A stretch of DNA of 64,000 nucleotides, from assembly GCA_963789395.1 (NCBI GenBank), contig CAWBKP010000010.1, forward strand, positions 7,351 to 71,350, written 5' to 3'. A program made the translations under genes and the position numbers. Below, one piece after another: positions 1-8,106 of this stretch; the first letter of the stretch is position 1, and each line of letters opens with the position of its first letter. Under the pieces are notes generated by a model that ran no database searches, was not told the origin of the DNA, and was given only the letters and a program-made list of their open reading frames with translations. This DNA is from an uncultured delta proteobacterium. Lineage in GTDB: Bacteria > Desulfobacterota > Desulfobacteria > Desulfobacterales > Desulfatirhabdiaceae.

Positions 1-574
1 AGAAGACCGTCACCAAAACAATCAGGATTTGAGTTGCGTTGAACGCCACCGTCGTGAAGCGACCGACCACGCCCTGGAACATCTCGCTCAAACTGGAACG
101 AAGAGATTTCGACTCTTTTACGGGTTTGGATGGAATCGCTTCAGCGATTTGTTGAGCGGCCTCGGGCTTGCCCTCCTCCGTCGCGGTCCGGGCAATTTCA
201 GTGGTGACTTCCGCCTGAAGTTTTTCCTCGGAAAGCACCGCTTGTTGCTCCATCTTGATCAGGGGCTTTTGGAGACGTTCCCAGTAAGCGGGCACTTGCT
301 CCGAGAGCTTGGATACCGAGTCTTTCATCGGCCCGAAGAAAACCCAGCCCATCAAGGTAATGACAACAACCAATGCCGCCACGATCAGACCCGTCGCGCT
401 TTTTCTACCACCCCTTAAAGCCCGCATCCGCGATATCAACGGATTGATTGCGAGCGAAATCAGAAGAATGAGCAGTATCGACAGCAGAATGGGAGACAGC
501 AGCGAGAACGATTGGATGAAAGCAAATAGTGACGCTCCCAGGATCACATAGAAAGAAATCGAGCATTGCTTCAC
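1..574 (-). CDS. AI-2E family transporter (PerM/YhhT-like), N-terminal part; the gene runs off the left edge
   Basis: Absent from the ORF track because there is no stop inside the window. Hand translation of the minus strand from GTG 572-574 gives VKQCSISFYVILGASLFAFIQSFSLLSPILLSILLILLISLAINPLISRMRALRGGRKSATGLIVAALVVVITLMGWVFFGP... The two N-terminal TM helices resemble AI-2E/UPF0118 proteins. The family call is from memory. Confidence 0.5.
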   Translation of the reverse strand, partial: MKQCSISFYVILGASLFAFIQSFSLLSPILLSILLILLISLAINPLISRMRALRGGRKSATGLIVAALVVVITLMGWVFFGPMKDSVSKLSEQVPAYWERLQKPLIKMEQQAVLSEEKLQAEVTTEIARTATEEGKPEAAQQIAEAIPSKPVKESKSLRSSLSEMFQGVVGRFTTVAFNATQILIVLVTVF

Positions 575-973
575 CTCAGACTTGGGGCTGTTTGGCACGA
601 CGTTATCTCCCGTTAATTTCTTTTGTTCGCATGTGTGCCACAATTTTTTTTACCGACAATGACCGCATTTTGCCCCGGCCTGCTCGAAGGACCGTTACGC
701 CCAGGGCGACGACCCAGACTTCGGCAAACCGTGTGGGCCGGCTCGGAGTGAACCTATAAAGCAGGCACACTCCGAAGCATCACTACCAACGGGATAAATA
801 AGCTTCCCGTGTCATACACCCAGAAATGGAAATTCATGCATTGGAAACAGCCGGCCTTCGACGCAGCACTTGACAGTGCTGCTGCCTCATCACAATCATG
901 GCCGGAGACAATGACAGTCATAAGTTTGCCGTCCCACTATTTCGTCAGGGAACGCAGAATAACCGAAAACACG

Positions 974-1165
974 TCAGGCCATCCCCTGGGTTTTGATATC
1001 GCCAAGCTTGCCAGACTTGGCAGACCTCACCCGGTTCTCCAAGGTGGACTTTGGCAAAGAAAGACGCGCAGATACTTCCCCTGCAGACATTCCGTTTTCA
1101 ATAACCAACCGGGCAGCCTCTTCCCTGGATTCTTATGTCTGTCGGTCCTGTGGAATTTTCGCCAT
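974..1165 (-). pseudogene. IS3-family transposase OrfA (HTH) remnant with an in-frame stop
   Basis: Hand translation of the minus strand gives MAKIPQDRQT*ESREEAARLVIENGMSAGEVSARLSLPKSTLENRVRSAKSGKLGDIKTQGMA*. This is the typical IS3/IS911 OrfA helix-turn-helix. There is an in-frame TAA at 1133-1135 and no intact OrfB downstream. Confidence 0.55.
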
Positions 1166-1253
1166 GGATGACACTTCCGTCTTATCTACTTGTAAACTTT
1201 CAAAATTTTGGTGTCCATTATTTTCAGCTTACCGCTGTTTTTGCAGTTCAATA

Positions 1254-2846
1254 TTATCTGCTGATGGCTTTAAGTGCTCCAAGCAAATACTTTGGATTGT
1301 GAGTCGAGTCGTACATTGGATGTACATTCTGTCCCGTATCAAACAACCCATATACAGCCATTTGCGCCGTCCGCACTGAATACTCTACCGTAAACACACA
1401 GTCTTTCGGTGCTTCGGCAAATTGACCCAAAAAGGCAAAATTCGTTGCGCCTTCCGGTATGACCTTTGGTCTATCTCCAATTATTCTCGGCATGAACAGA
1501 CTATCAATAAACGGCATCGCAACCGGAATACAATTTGCCTTACCGGCTGCAGTAACCGGTTTCATGATATCTTGAATTTTCAAATGATAATAAAGCTCTT
1601 CGAGCATTTCGGCACCGGTACACGCTGCCATGGTTTTGTCGATGTAATTGCCTTTTCTGTCGGGATAGAGCCCGTACCCCCAAAAAATCTTTACATCGTC
1701 CGGCTGGTTCGGAAAGTGAGGCTGTCGAGCGATGACAAATGACATGAGCCAGTTGGAGTCAGTCAGGGTAACCAGTCCGCCGGTTCCATCGACATTGCCG
1801 GAAAAGTTTTCCATATAATCATGAAAGGTGCTGTCTTTATAGGTGGCTGTAAATGAATACCATTTTTGCAAACCGATATTGTCACAAAATGGATCTGGGC
1901 TTCCGAACGCCTTGTCTTTTGTCGCTAGTTTTTTCCACAGTTTCCAGGAGCCGGAGTCTTCTATACCTTTCAACTTGGCTGGCGTATCCCAGGTTCCATT
2001 ATCAGAACTTTCTGTGATGGAGCCATTTGTGATCAACACAAAATCATCTTTTCCAAGTACTATTTCAGTGTTGTCTTTAAGGTGGAGCATGGTAGCAGTC
2101 TTTTTGTCAGCGGATAGATTGAAATCGATATCAACAACTTCTTTGCCCAATTCAAACTTCACGCCCTTTTCTTCGAGGTATTTTTTTAACGGCCTAACTA
2201 CAGAGTCGTATTGATTGTATTTGGTACGCATTACACCGCCCAATCTGGGCAGGCCTTCGACAAGATGCACAAACCTTTTCATGTATCTTCTCATTTCGGC
2301 AAGGCTGCTCCATTTTTGAAATGCAAACATGGAACTCCATATATACCAGAATGTTGTGTCAAAAAAGGCTTGATCAAACCAATCCTGTATTCGTTTATTG
2401 CCAAGAGATTTTTCTGAAACGAAAGTTAATTTAAGGAAGTCTGTTTGTTGTTTAAATGATAAACCATAAGAAGAGACATCCATTTTTTTTCCATCTTTCA
2501 GAAGACGGGCCTGTCCGTTTGAAACAAAACGTTCATTAAAATCAAAAGATTCGTCTCGCACCGAAATATCGGGGTCTTCCAGCGAAGGAATGTGAGACAG
2601 CAGCTCCCAATAACATTCGTAATGCATTTCATGCATTCTTCCACCACGAACGACAAATCCTTTATCTTTATCGCCTGAGCCATCAGTGGCGCCACCGACA
2701 ATTGAATCTTTTTCCAAAATGTGAATATTTCCGCCGGGAATTCCAGCATCTTTTTCCAAATATACCGCACTTGCCAGTCCGGCAATTCCGCTGCCTATAA
2801 GGTACACCGTAGAACTTTTCGGGTTTGTATTACTTTCTGTTTTCAT
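1254..2846 (-). CDS. ohyA: oleate hydratase (myosin-cross-reactive antigen family, FAD-dependent)
   Basis: 530-aa ORF. N-terminal FAD fold motif YLIGSGIAGLASAVYL, then GGRMHEMHYECYWELLSHIPS and WYSFTATYKD, which are characteristic of the MCRA/oleate hydratase family. Visibly more AT-rich than its surroundings. Confidence 0.85.
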   Translation of the reverse strand: MKTESNTNPKSSTVYLIGSGIAGLASAVYLEKDAGIPGGNIHILEKDSIVGGATDGSGDKDKGFVVRGGRMHEMHYECYWELLSHIPSLEDPDISVRDESFDFNERFVSNGQARLLKDGKKMDVSSYGLSFKQQTDFLKLTFVSEKSLGNKRIQDWFDQAFFDTTFWYIWSSMFAFQKWSSLAEMRRYMKRFVHLVEGLPRLGGVMRTKYNQYDSVVRPLKKYLEEKGVKFELGKEVVDIDFNLSADKKTATMLHLKDNTEIVLGKDDFVLITNGSITESSDNGTWDTPAKLKGIEDSGSWKLWKKLATKDKAFGSPDPFCDNIGLQKWYSFTATYKDSTFHDYMENFSGNVDGTGGLVTLTDSNWLMSFVIARQPHFPNQPDDVKIFWGYGLYPDRKGNYIDKTMAACTGAEMLEELYYHLKIQDIMKPVTAAGKANCIPVAMPFIDSLFMPRIIGDRPKVIPEGATNFAFLGQFAEAPKDCVFTVEYSVRTAQMAVYGLFDTGQNVHPMYDSTHNPKYLLGALKAISR

Positions 2847-2879
2847 AAAAGTCCCCTTTGAATAGTTTGAGGTCGGTCA

Positions 2880-3131
2880 TCAATAATGTACACCAAGTTG
2901 AGCAGAGAATTGTTCCTGTTCATAAAACCGACGTTCAAAGATTGCTGGTGAAAGATAGCCAAGTTTTTCTTGTCGTCTTTGGCGGTTATAAAAAAACACT
3001 ATGTATTCAGTGAGATCCAGATTAGCCTCTTGCCGGCTCGCATATTTTCGATGAAAAACGAGCTCTGTTTTAAGCGTTTCCCAAAAACTTTCCATGGGAG
3101 CATTGTCAAAGCGGTTTCCTTTTCCACTCAA
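2880..3131 (-). pseudogene. IS3-family transposase OrfB, C-terminal fragment (end of the rve integrase core)
   Basis: The 83-aa ORF reads KGNRFDNAPMESFWETLKTELVFHRKYASRQEANLDLTEYIVFFYNRQRRQEKLGYLSPAIFE, the conserved C-terminal block of IS3 transposases. The N-terminal three quarters are missing, because the ORF abuts the stop of gene 3135-3473. Confidence 0.7.
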
Positions 3132-3134
3132 TGA

Positions 3135-3473
3135 CTATTCCAATTCCGATTCAATTTCGTCAAATGTATCCTCGATGCCGTAAAGAAGTTTGTCAGCCTG
3201 GGCAAGCTTCCAGTCGGCGATATTCTCTTGAATCAGTTTATAGTGCTTCCGGAGCTTTTCAGCATGCCGGAGCAGTACCGCTCTTAGCGGCGTTCCATCA
3301 TGGCGGTATAGAAGCTGATCCAACTGTCCCACCAACTCGTAGAGAGAGGGATTACGGGTTGTCAGACTCGAATCCAGATATCCCAAATCACGCGCCAGTT
3401 TGGGGTAAATCCCTTCCAGATCTTTTTGATAATAAGGACGGACGGTAACCGTCAGTTGCATGTGTTTGCTCAT
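3135..3473 (-). CDS. hypothetical protein
   Basis: 112-aa ORF with no motif I recognise. Coding status rests only on ORF length and its position between genes. Confidence 0.35.
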   Translation of the reverse strand: MSKHMQLTVTVRPYYQKDLEGIYPKLARDLGYLDSSLTTRNPSLYELVGQLDQLLYRHDGTPLRAVLLRHAEKLRKHYKLIQENIADWKLAQADKLLYGIEDTFDEIESELE

Positions 3474-3634
3474 GATCGAATCTCCTTATGCGTTTTGAGC
3501 CACAATATCCCTGACCCTGTTTCTGCTGCTGATTGTGAAAATTCCGGGACAGCGAAAGATCGGGAAAATGAATCGGGTCGGCAGAGTCAAATCTGCGAGA
3601 ATTTTTACTTAGACAGACACTTTCAGAATCTACG

Positions 3635-5074
3635 TTACCCTTCCGGCTGCGCTACGGAACCTGAGTAAAATACCGTGCACTTTTCATTTTGGATGAATTT
3701 CCATGCATCCTCCAGAGGATTCAATACGGATCTGGCAATAGACTCAAAGATTTTTTCCTTATCGATCTGCGGTTGACGGAAGGGCCCGTGCAATTTCTCG
3801 CTGTAAATAGCGCACCCTCGCTTGTCGAGGACCGCTATGGTTACGTCGACAAACCGCTCGTTGATCAAGTTCAATTTCCCTTTCATGGCGATCCTATGTT
3901 TTTTTGACGTAAGGGCCGCATCGCTCGCCGCGGCAATGCCGTTTTTTACCTTCCAGACCGAGACGAGTTTTGTGATGACCCCTTTTCCGCCCTGCGACTC
4001 TTGCAGCAGGCTTGCAAAGTTATAGCTTTTGGTAAGTACTGGCCCGAAGGGGCCCACAAGTAAGAACGCCCCTACATCCACGAGGTTAAAGTTCCGGCTT
4101 CGTTCGTACTCGGTGATAAGAGAATCGATATCGATGCTGTAAAGCATCAGGTTTTCGCCGTTCAAAGAAAGATCGCCGTTAAGCGACCGCTTTATCTCAT
4201 CGGCGCTCTTGCCCATTGCCGTCAGGTCCGCGGAAAAGTTAATCGATCCTTCTATGGTTTTCTCGGGGATTTTCTTGAGCGAGTATAGCTGAAGAAGTTC
4301 TTCGATCCTGACCCGATTAAGACGATAGATTACCCTGTAATGAGGCGACGGTTCCGTCACGTCCACATGAATGCTTCCGTTCCCGGTTCCACCGAAGATG
4401 TTCATACTGACCGCGTTGATATCGAATATTCCCTTTTCACCAGCTGCTCTCATCACGAGGTTATTCAGAGTGAAGTTATAGATCTTGAGCATCTTGCATC
4501 CGGCATCCCCGGTGAATGAGATGTTCTTGAATGGTTCGGAGCTGTCCGTTCCGCTGGAAACAACGTTTCTGATGCTCAAATCCAAGTCACCGACTTCGAT
4601 TTTTTCGCCGGATGTCTCATCCGTATAGACAAGGCTCCCCTGAGAGATGGATATCTTTTCCACCGCAGCGAGTTTTTCCCATGACATGGGTTCCGGTTTT
4701 TCAAGATTGAACATCCCATTCTTGAACCGAACTATGGAGAAAACCGGCTTGACAAGCCCCACCTGGGTTATCTTGATTTGAAACCTCGCGAGGGGGATGA
4801 GCTTCAGCCCGATCCTGATCTGCTCAATCGTAACAACATCCAGTCCCCTGTTCCGCAGGGTGACATCCGTCAACGATAGACCGAAGCCCGGGAAAAGAGC
4901 GATGCCCATCCCGCCTTTGATCCGGACATCCATTCTCAGAGCAGTAGATGCGGCCGCCTCGATCTGCGGTTTAAAAACTTTGATACTGAGCAAAAGAGCG
5001 AGGATACCCGCGAAGACAACAAGCGTGATGACACCCGTTGTTATGAACAGAACCTTTTTCGTATGCAGAGCCAT
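3635..5074 (-). CDS. AsmA family protein (outer-membrane biogenesis / lipid transport-like)
   Basis: 479 aa. N-terminal TM anchor (VLFITTGVITLVVFAGILALLL) followed by repetitive beta-rich sequence typical of AsmA-like proteins (IKGGMGIALFPGFGLSLTDVTLRN..., C-terminal LNGDLSLNGENLMLYSIDID). Confidence 0.75.
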   Translation of the reverse strand: MALHTKKVLFITTGVITLVVFAGILALLLSIKVFKPQIEAAASTALRMDVRIKGGMGIALFPGFGLSLTDVTLRNRGLDVVTIEQIRIGLKLIPLARFQIKITQVGLVKPVFSIVRFKNGMFNLEKPEPMSWEKLAAVEKISISQGSLVYTDETSGEKIEVGDLDLSIRNVVSSGTDSSEPFKNISFTGDAGCKMLKIYNFTLNNLVMRAAGEKGIFDINAVSMNIFGGTGNGSIHVDVTEPSPHYRVIYRLNRVRIEELLQLYSLKKIPEKTIEGSINFSADLTAMGKSADEIKRSLNGDLSLNGENLMLYSIDIDSLITEYERSRNFNLVDVGAFLLVGPFGPVLTKSYNFASLLQESQGGKGVITKLVSVWKVKNGIAAASDAALTSKKHRIAMKGKLNLINERFVDVTIAVLDKRGCAIYSEKLHGPFRQPQIDKEKIFESIARSVLNPLEDAWKFIQNEKCTVFYSGSVAQPEG

Positions 5075-5153
5075 GTTTCATCTTTTCAAACTCTTACAAC
5101 AGAGGTATTGGATTCTCTTTTCAATTGATTTTGGATTCGCCCAAAAATCATCT

Positions 5154-5333
5154 CTACTTACCGATCACTTTCTTGACCTGTCCGACTTTTTCCTGAATTT
5201 TTCCGTCCAGATTTTCGATTTTGCCTTCGGCTTCCAATTCGCGATTCCCGACAACTTTCCCAACGGTCTCCTTGATCTTGCCTTCAGCCTGGTGCATTTT
5301 GCCTTCTACATTGTCTTTTGTGCTTGGTTTCAT
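5154..5333 (-). CDS. CsbD family stress-response protein
   Basis: Below the ORF-track size cutoff. Hand translation gives MKPSTKDNVEGKMHQAEGKIKETVGKVVGNRELEAEGKIENLDGKIQEKVGQVKKVIGK* (59 aa), with the typical CsbD G-K-x-K-E / EGK repeats. Confidence 0.75.
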   Translation of the reverse strand: MKPSTKDNVEGKMHQAEGKIKETVGKVVGNRELEAEGKIENLDGKIQEKVGQVKKVIGK

Positions 5334-5366
5334 GGCCTTCCTCCAGTTTTTTGAGTTAAACGTTGG

Positions 5367-5516
5367 TTAGATTCTGCCCAATAAGAGCAGGATCAAAAGA
5401 ATAACCACAATCAGCCCGACCACGCCTCCGGGTGCATACCCCCAGGATCGGCTATGCGGCCAGACAGGGATTACCCCCACAAGTACCAGTATCAGAATTA
5501 TAAGTAAGATTGACAT
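5367..5516 (-). CDS. DUF3309 family small membrane protein
   Basis: Hand translation gives MSILLIILILVLVGVIPVWPHSRSWGYAPGGVVGLIVVILLILLLLGRI* (49 aa). It has two TM segments and the conserved PxWPxSRxWGY core of DUF3309. Confidence 0.65.
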   Translation of the reverse strand: MSILLIILILVLVGVIPVWPHSRSWGYAPGGVVGLIVVILLILLLLGRI

Positions 5517-5618
5517 GATTTGTTCTCCTTTTTAAAATAATGTGCACTCCAAATTGACTGACTCCAGCAAGTTCTTTACCGAAACGAGCCGGCTGCCTCG
5601 GTCGGTCCAGGACACGGT

Positions 5619-5846
5619 TCACGGTACGGTCATGTTGTTAACCACCTTCTTTACGCCGTGAACGTCACTCACGAATTTGGTGGCCAAGTCCTTTTCAGCC
5701 GCGTTTTTGGCTTTGCCTGCCAACGTTACCACGCCTTCTTTCGTCTCGACTGTGGAAGAATCAAACAAGGCGCTGACAAACGATCTAAAATTGAAAAGGG
5801 GGTATCCATTTCGCTGGCCTATCCGTACCCGAACATCAGTTAACAA
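5619..5846 (-). CDS. BON domain protein; 5' region interrupted by a MITE
   Basis: The C-terminal part FRSFVSALFDSSTVETKEGVVTLAGKAKNAAEKDLATKFVSDVHGVKKVVNNMTVP is a BON domain. The first roughly 19 codons of the listed ORF (TTG start) are encoded by the inserted element 5797-5955. Removing the element plus one target duplication restores an open frame ...NGIASNFNFRSFVSALFDSS... that runs back to sigma-54 promoter A. Confidence 0.55.
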   Translation of the reverse strand: MLTDVRVRIGQRNGYPLFNFRSFVSALFDSSTVETKEGVVTLAGKAKNAAEKDLATKFVSDVHGVKKVVNNMTVP

Positions 5847-5955
5847 TTTATGCTGACAATTGCTCTATATGGAGGAGGGACTTCATATAAAGTATGTTGT
5901 GAACAATGATAATTTATATTCACACAATAATAGGCCAGCGAAATGGATACCCCCT
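5797..5955. mobile_element. 159-bp MITE-like element with 26-bp perfect terminal inverted repeats and an 8-bp target site duplication
   Basis: The left TIR is AGGGGGTATCCATTTCGCTGGCCTAT (5797-5822). Its exact reverse complement is at 5930-5955. Direct repeats AATTGAAA lie at 5789-5796 and 5956-5963. The internal 107 bp is AT-rich and non-coding. Confidence 0.75.
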
Positions 5956-6025
5956 AATTGAAATTACTGGCAATGCCGTTCAAGACAATATTGATGGAAT
6001 TAAACCGCGCGCTGCTTTTTATAAC

Positions 6026-6041
6026 TGCACTCTTTGTGCCA
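6026..6041 (-). promoter_or_regulatory. sigma-54 (-24/-12) promoter, cassette A
   Basis: The minus strand reads TGGCACAAAGAGTGCA (GG-N10-GC spacing; consensus TGGCAC-N5-TTGCA), preceded by TTGGAAACT as in the other cassettes. It lies upstream of the BON / DUF3309 / CsbD genes. Confidence 0.7.
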
Positions 6042-6141
6042 AGTTTCCAATACGCGTCATCACATCACCCATCATTCTGATATTTATTAATAATTAGTTA
6101 ACAATGCATTTGCAGGGTTGTCATTAACAACCATAATAAAA

Positions 6142-6171
6142 GGTCATATTTAACCTGTGGTCATATATGAC
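6142..6171 (-). promoter_or_regulatory. enhancer-like tandem palindrome (UAS) of cassette A
   Basis: The plus strand reads GGTCATATTTAACC-TGT-GGTCATATATGAC. GTCATATATGAC is a perfect 12-bp palindrome. The site lies 100 nt upstream of the -24 box, and the same element occurs at three other loci. Confidence 0.6.
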
Positions 6172-6324
6172 TTATTTGCGGTTAGAATTCCTATTCTTGA
6201 TTCAACCCCGCTTCGGGCTATGACGGTTTCAAGAAGCAAAGCTATCCTCTCTCAGCGGCCGAAACGAAAAAGGTGGGCGTCGTCTTCGCCTTTCTTGGTT
6301 TCCGGTGGTTCCGGTTTCATGCTA

Positions 6325-7395
6325 TCAACCGGATGCAAATTCAATGAGCGCGGCAAAAGCGGAGAAGCCGGCACCGAATGCCAGTAGCATCCCTTTTTGG
6401 CCGGGTTGTGGCCGGCCGCTGTCCAGAATCTCCCGCAAGACAAACAGAACGGAAGGTGACGACATGTTGCCGTAATTCTCGAAAATGCTGTATGAGAAGC
6501 GCAGGGCCTCGTCGGCAAGTTCCAGTTTTTTGGCGACTTGGGCCAGCACCGCCGTGCCTCCCGGATGGACCGCCCACCAGGCAATGTCATTCCGGGAGAG
6601 GTCATGCCGGTCCAGAAGCCCGGATGCCACCTCCGTCACGGTGCGCGCCCCGATAACCGGCACCCGCCTGTTCAGGTAATTCCGCAGGCGGCCGCTTTCC
6701 GTCCGGTAACGCAGATCTTCGCGGTACCGGGGAAAAAGCGCCGCCGCAAAGTCCACCATTTTCACCAGTCCGTCCTGACGGTCTTTCCGAGACAGGTCAA
6801 GAACAGCGGCGGCGGCGCCGTCTCCGAAAATGGAATTGCTCACCACCAGTTCCGGCTCATGGCCGAAAAAAATGGTGGCTGAGCATATTTCCACGGCAAG
6901 GCTGAGAACCGGACCTTCCCCGCTTCGGACCAGCATGCCGGCGGCGGCTTCGAGATTCGGAATCACCGCACCGCACCCCATCCCCATCAAATCCAGGAAG
7001 CGAATCGACGTCTTGAGCCCCAGATCTTCCGCGATATACGAGGAGAGACCGGGGCAGAGGTAACCGGTACAGGTGTTGACAACCAAACCGGATATCTCGG
7101 CGGGTTCCACGCCGGCCTCCGCCAATGCGCGGCGTGCGGCGGCAACGGCTGTGCTACGGCCGAACTTGAGAAAACGCGCCAGCAGCCGGTCGGGATCGGT
7201 TTCAAGAACATCCTCTCTGGCATCCATCCCCAGATAACGGCCTTTGATTTTGCCTTCCAGGAGAATGCGGCGATACAGATCCCGTTCGGCCGGTTTCAGG
7301 GAGAAATGCGTGAAGAAGTATTCATACGCCTCCTCCTGCGTTGCATAAAATGGCGGGGTGGCGGTACCCAACCCTCTTAGGATAATGGATTTCAC
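6325..7395 (-). CDS. type III polyketide synthase (chalcone synthase superfamily, alkylresorcinol/alkylpyrone type)
   Basis: The catalytic triad contexts are all present: NTCTGYLCPG (Cys), WAVHPGG (His) and ENYGNMSSPSV (Asn). The likely start is GTG 7393-7395, preceded by AGGAGA and overlapping the methyltransferase stop (GTGA). The listed ORF extends to 7443. Confidence 0.9.
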   Translation of the reverse strand: MKSIILRGLGTATPPFYATQEEAYEYFFTHFSLKPAERDLYRRILLEGKIKGRYLGMDAREDVLETDPDRLLARFLKFGRSTAVAAARRALAEAGVEPAEISGLVVNTCTGYLCPGLSSYIAEDLGLKTSIRFLDLMGMGCGAVIPNLEAAAGMLVRSGEGPVLSLAVEICSATIFFGHEPELVVSNSIFGDGAAAAVLDLSRKDRQDGLVKMVDFAAALFPRYREDLRYRTESGRLRNYLNRRVPVIGARTVTEVASGLLDRHDLSRNDIAWWAVHPGGTAVLAQVAKKLELADEALRFSYSIFENYGNMSSPSVLFVLREILDSGRPQPGQKGMLLAFGAGFSAFAALIEFASG

Positions 7396-8090
7396 GCAAT
7401 TTCTCCTGGTTTGAATCGGATGATGGCGGCGATCCGAAACCAACTGGCCGGCTCCACTGAAACCGTGACGCCGTCGAGTTGCCGCAACAAGGTTCTCAGC
7501 TCTTCAATCTTGAAGCCGCGCCGGATCGAGAGCAGGGCGTCATGCCGGACCCCTGCCGGCGCAGCGGTGGCGACAAGCAGTAGTCTTGCTGACAGAAACG
7601 CCAGTTGCGAGCGGCGCAGATCGTTGATCAGCATGCTGTTGCGAACGAAACCGCGAAGCCTGTGCAGCAGCATCAGGATCTGTGCATTGCTGAAATGGTG
7701 GAAGCACATGGAGGTCACGGCATAATCATACGGTTCGGCGGGTTGGTGGGTAAAGGCGTCCTCCTGAAGCAGTTTCACCGGCGGATTGCCCGCTCGGGCG
7801 AGTTGCCCGCGCGCAATGGCAATTGCATGGCCGGCCATTTCCAGGCAGGTGAAGTGCAGGGGGATGCCGCAGGCGCGCGCCCATCGGATTACCGCCAGCG
7901 GGATGTCGCAGCTTCCTGAGCCGATGTCGAGGATGCGTAGGGGGGCAAAGGCATGGCGCCCCGCAGTTTCAGCGGCCAGAAAACGCCGGACCAACCGGAT
8001 GCCGCCGAAGCGATAATTGACCGTCTCCATGAACCGGTAGCTGGCGGCGGCCAGCGACGGATCACAGTCCGGCAGGTCCAGAAGCTCCAT
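7392..8090 (-). CDS. class I SAM-dependent methyltransferase
   Basis: SAM-binding motif LRILDIGSGSCDIP, followed by the YDYAVTSMCFHHF block. The likely start is ATG 8088-8090 (MELLDLPDC...), 17 nt after the U32 stop. The listed ORF start at 8366 overlaps the upstream gene. Confidence 0.75.
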   Translation of the reverse strand: MELLDLPDCDPSLAAASYRFMETVNYRFGGIRLVRRFLAAETAGRHAFAPLRILDIGSGSCDIPLAVIRWARACGIPLHFTCLEMAGHAIAIARGQLARAGNPPVKLLQEDAFTHQPAEPYDYAVTSMCFHHFSNAQILMLLHRLRGFVRNSMLINDLRRSQLAFLSARLLLVATAAPAGVRHDALLSIRRGFKIEELRTLLRQLDGVTVSVEPASWFRIAAIIRFKPGEIA

Positions 8091-8106
8091 CTCCGCGGCG
8101 CGTGAG

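Noticed and set aside
29-759. Plus-strand ORFs 29-418, 309-551 and 529-759 at the left edge.
   Set aside because: They are antisense to, or overlap, the AI-2E transporter frame, which has convincing TM helices. They have no ribosome-binding sites or motifs.
1133-1165. Programmed frameshifting of the IS3 relic, considered as an explanation for the split transposase.
   Set aside because: The interruption is an in-frame TAA after codon 10, not an A6G slippery site, and no OrfB follows. It is a dead relic.
6090-6125. The conserved TGRCAG-N9-TGCWTTGTT element, present in all four cassettes, considered as the sigma-54 promoter itself.
   Set aside because: The GG to GC spacing is 13 nt instead of 10. 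A properly spaced TGGCAC-N5-GTGCA box lies about 60 nt further downstream in every copy. It is kept only as a conserved internal part of the cassette, possibly a second factor site.
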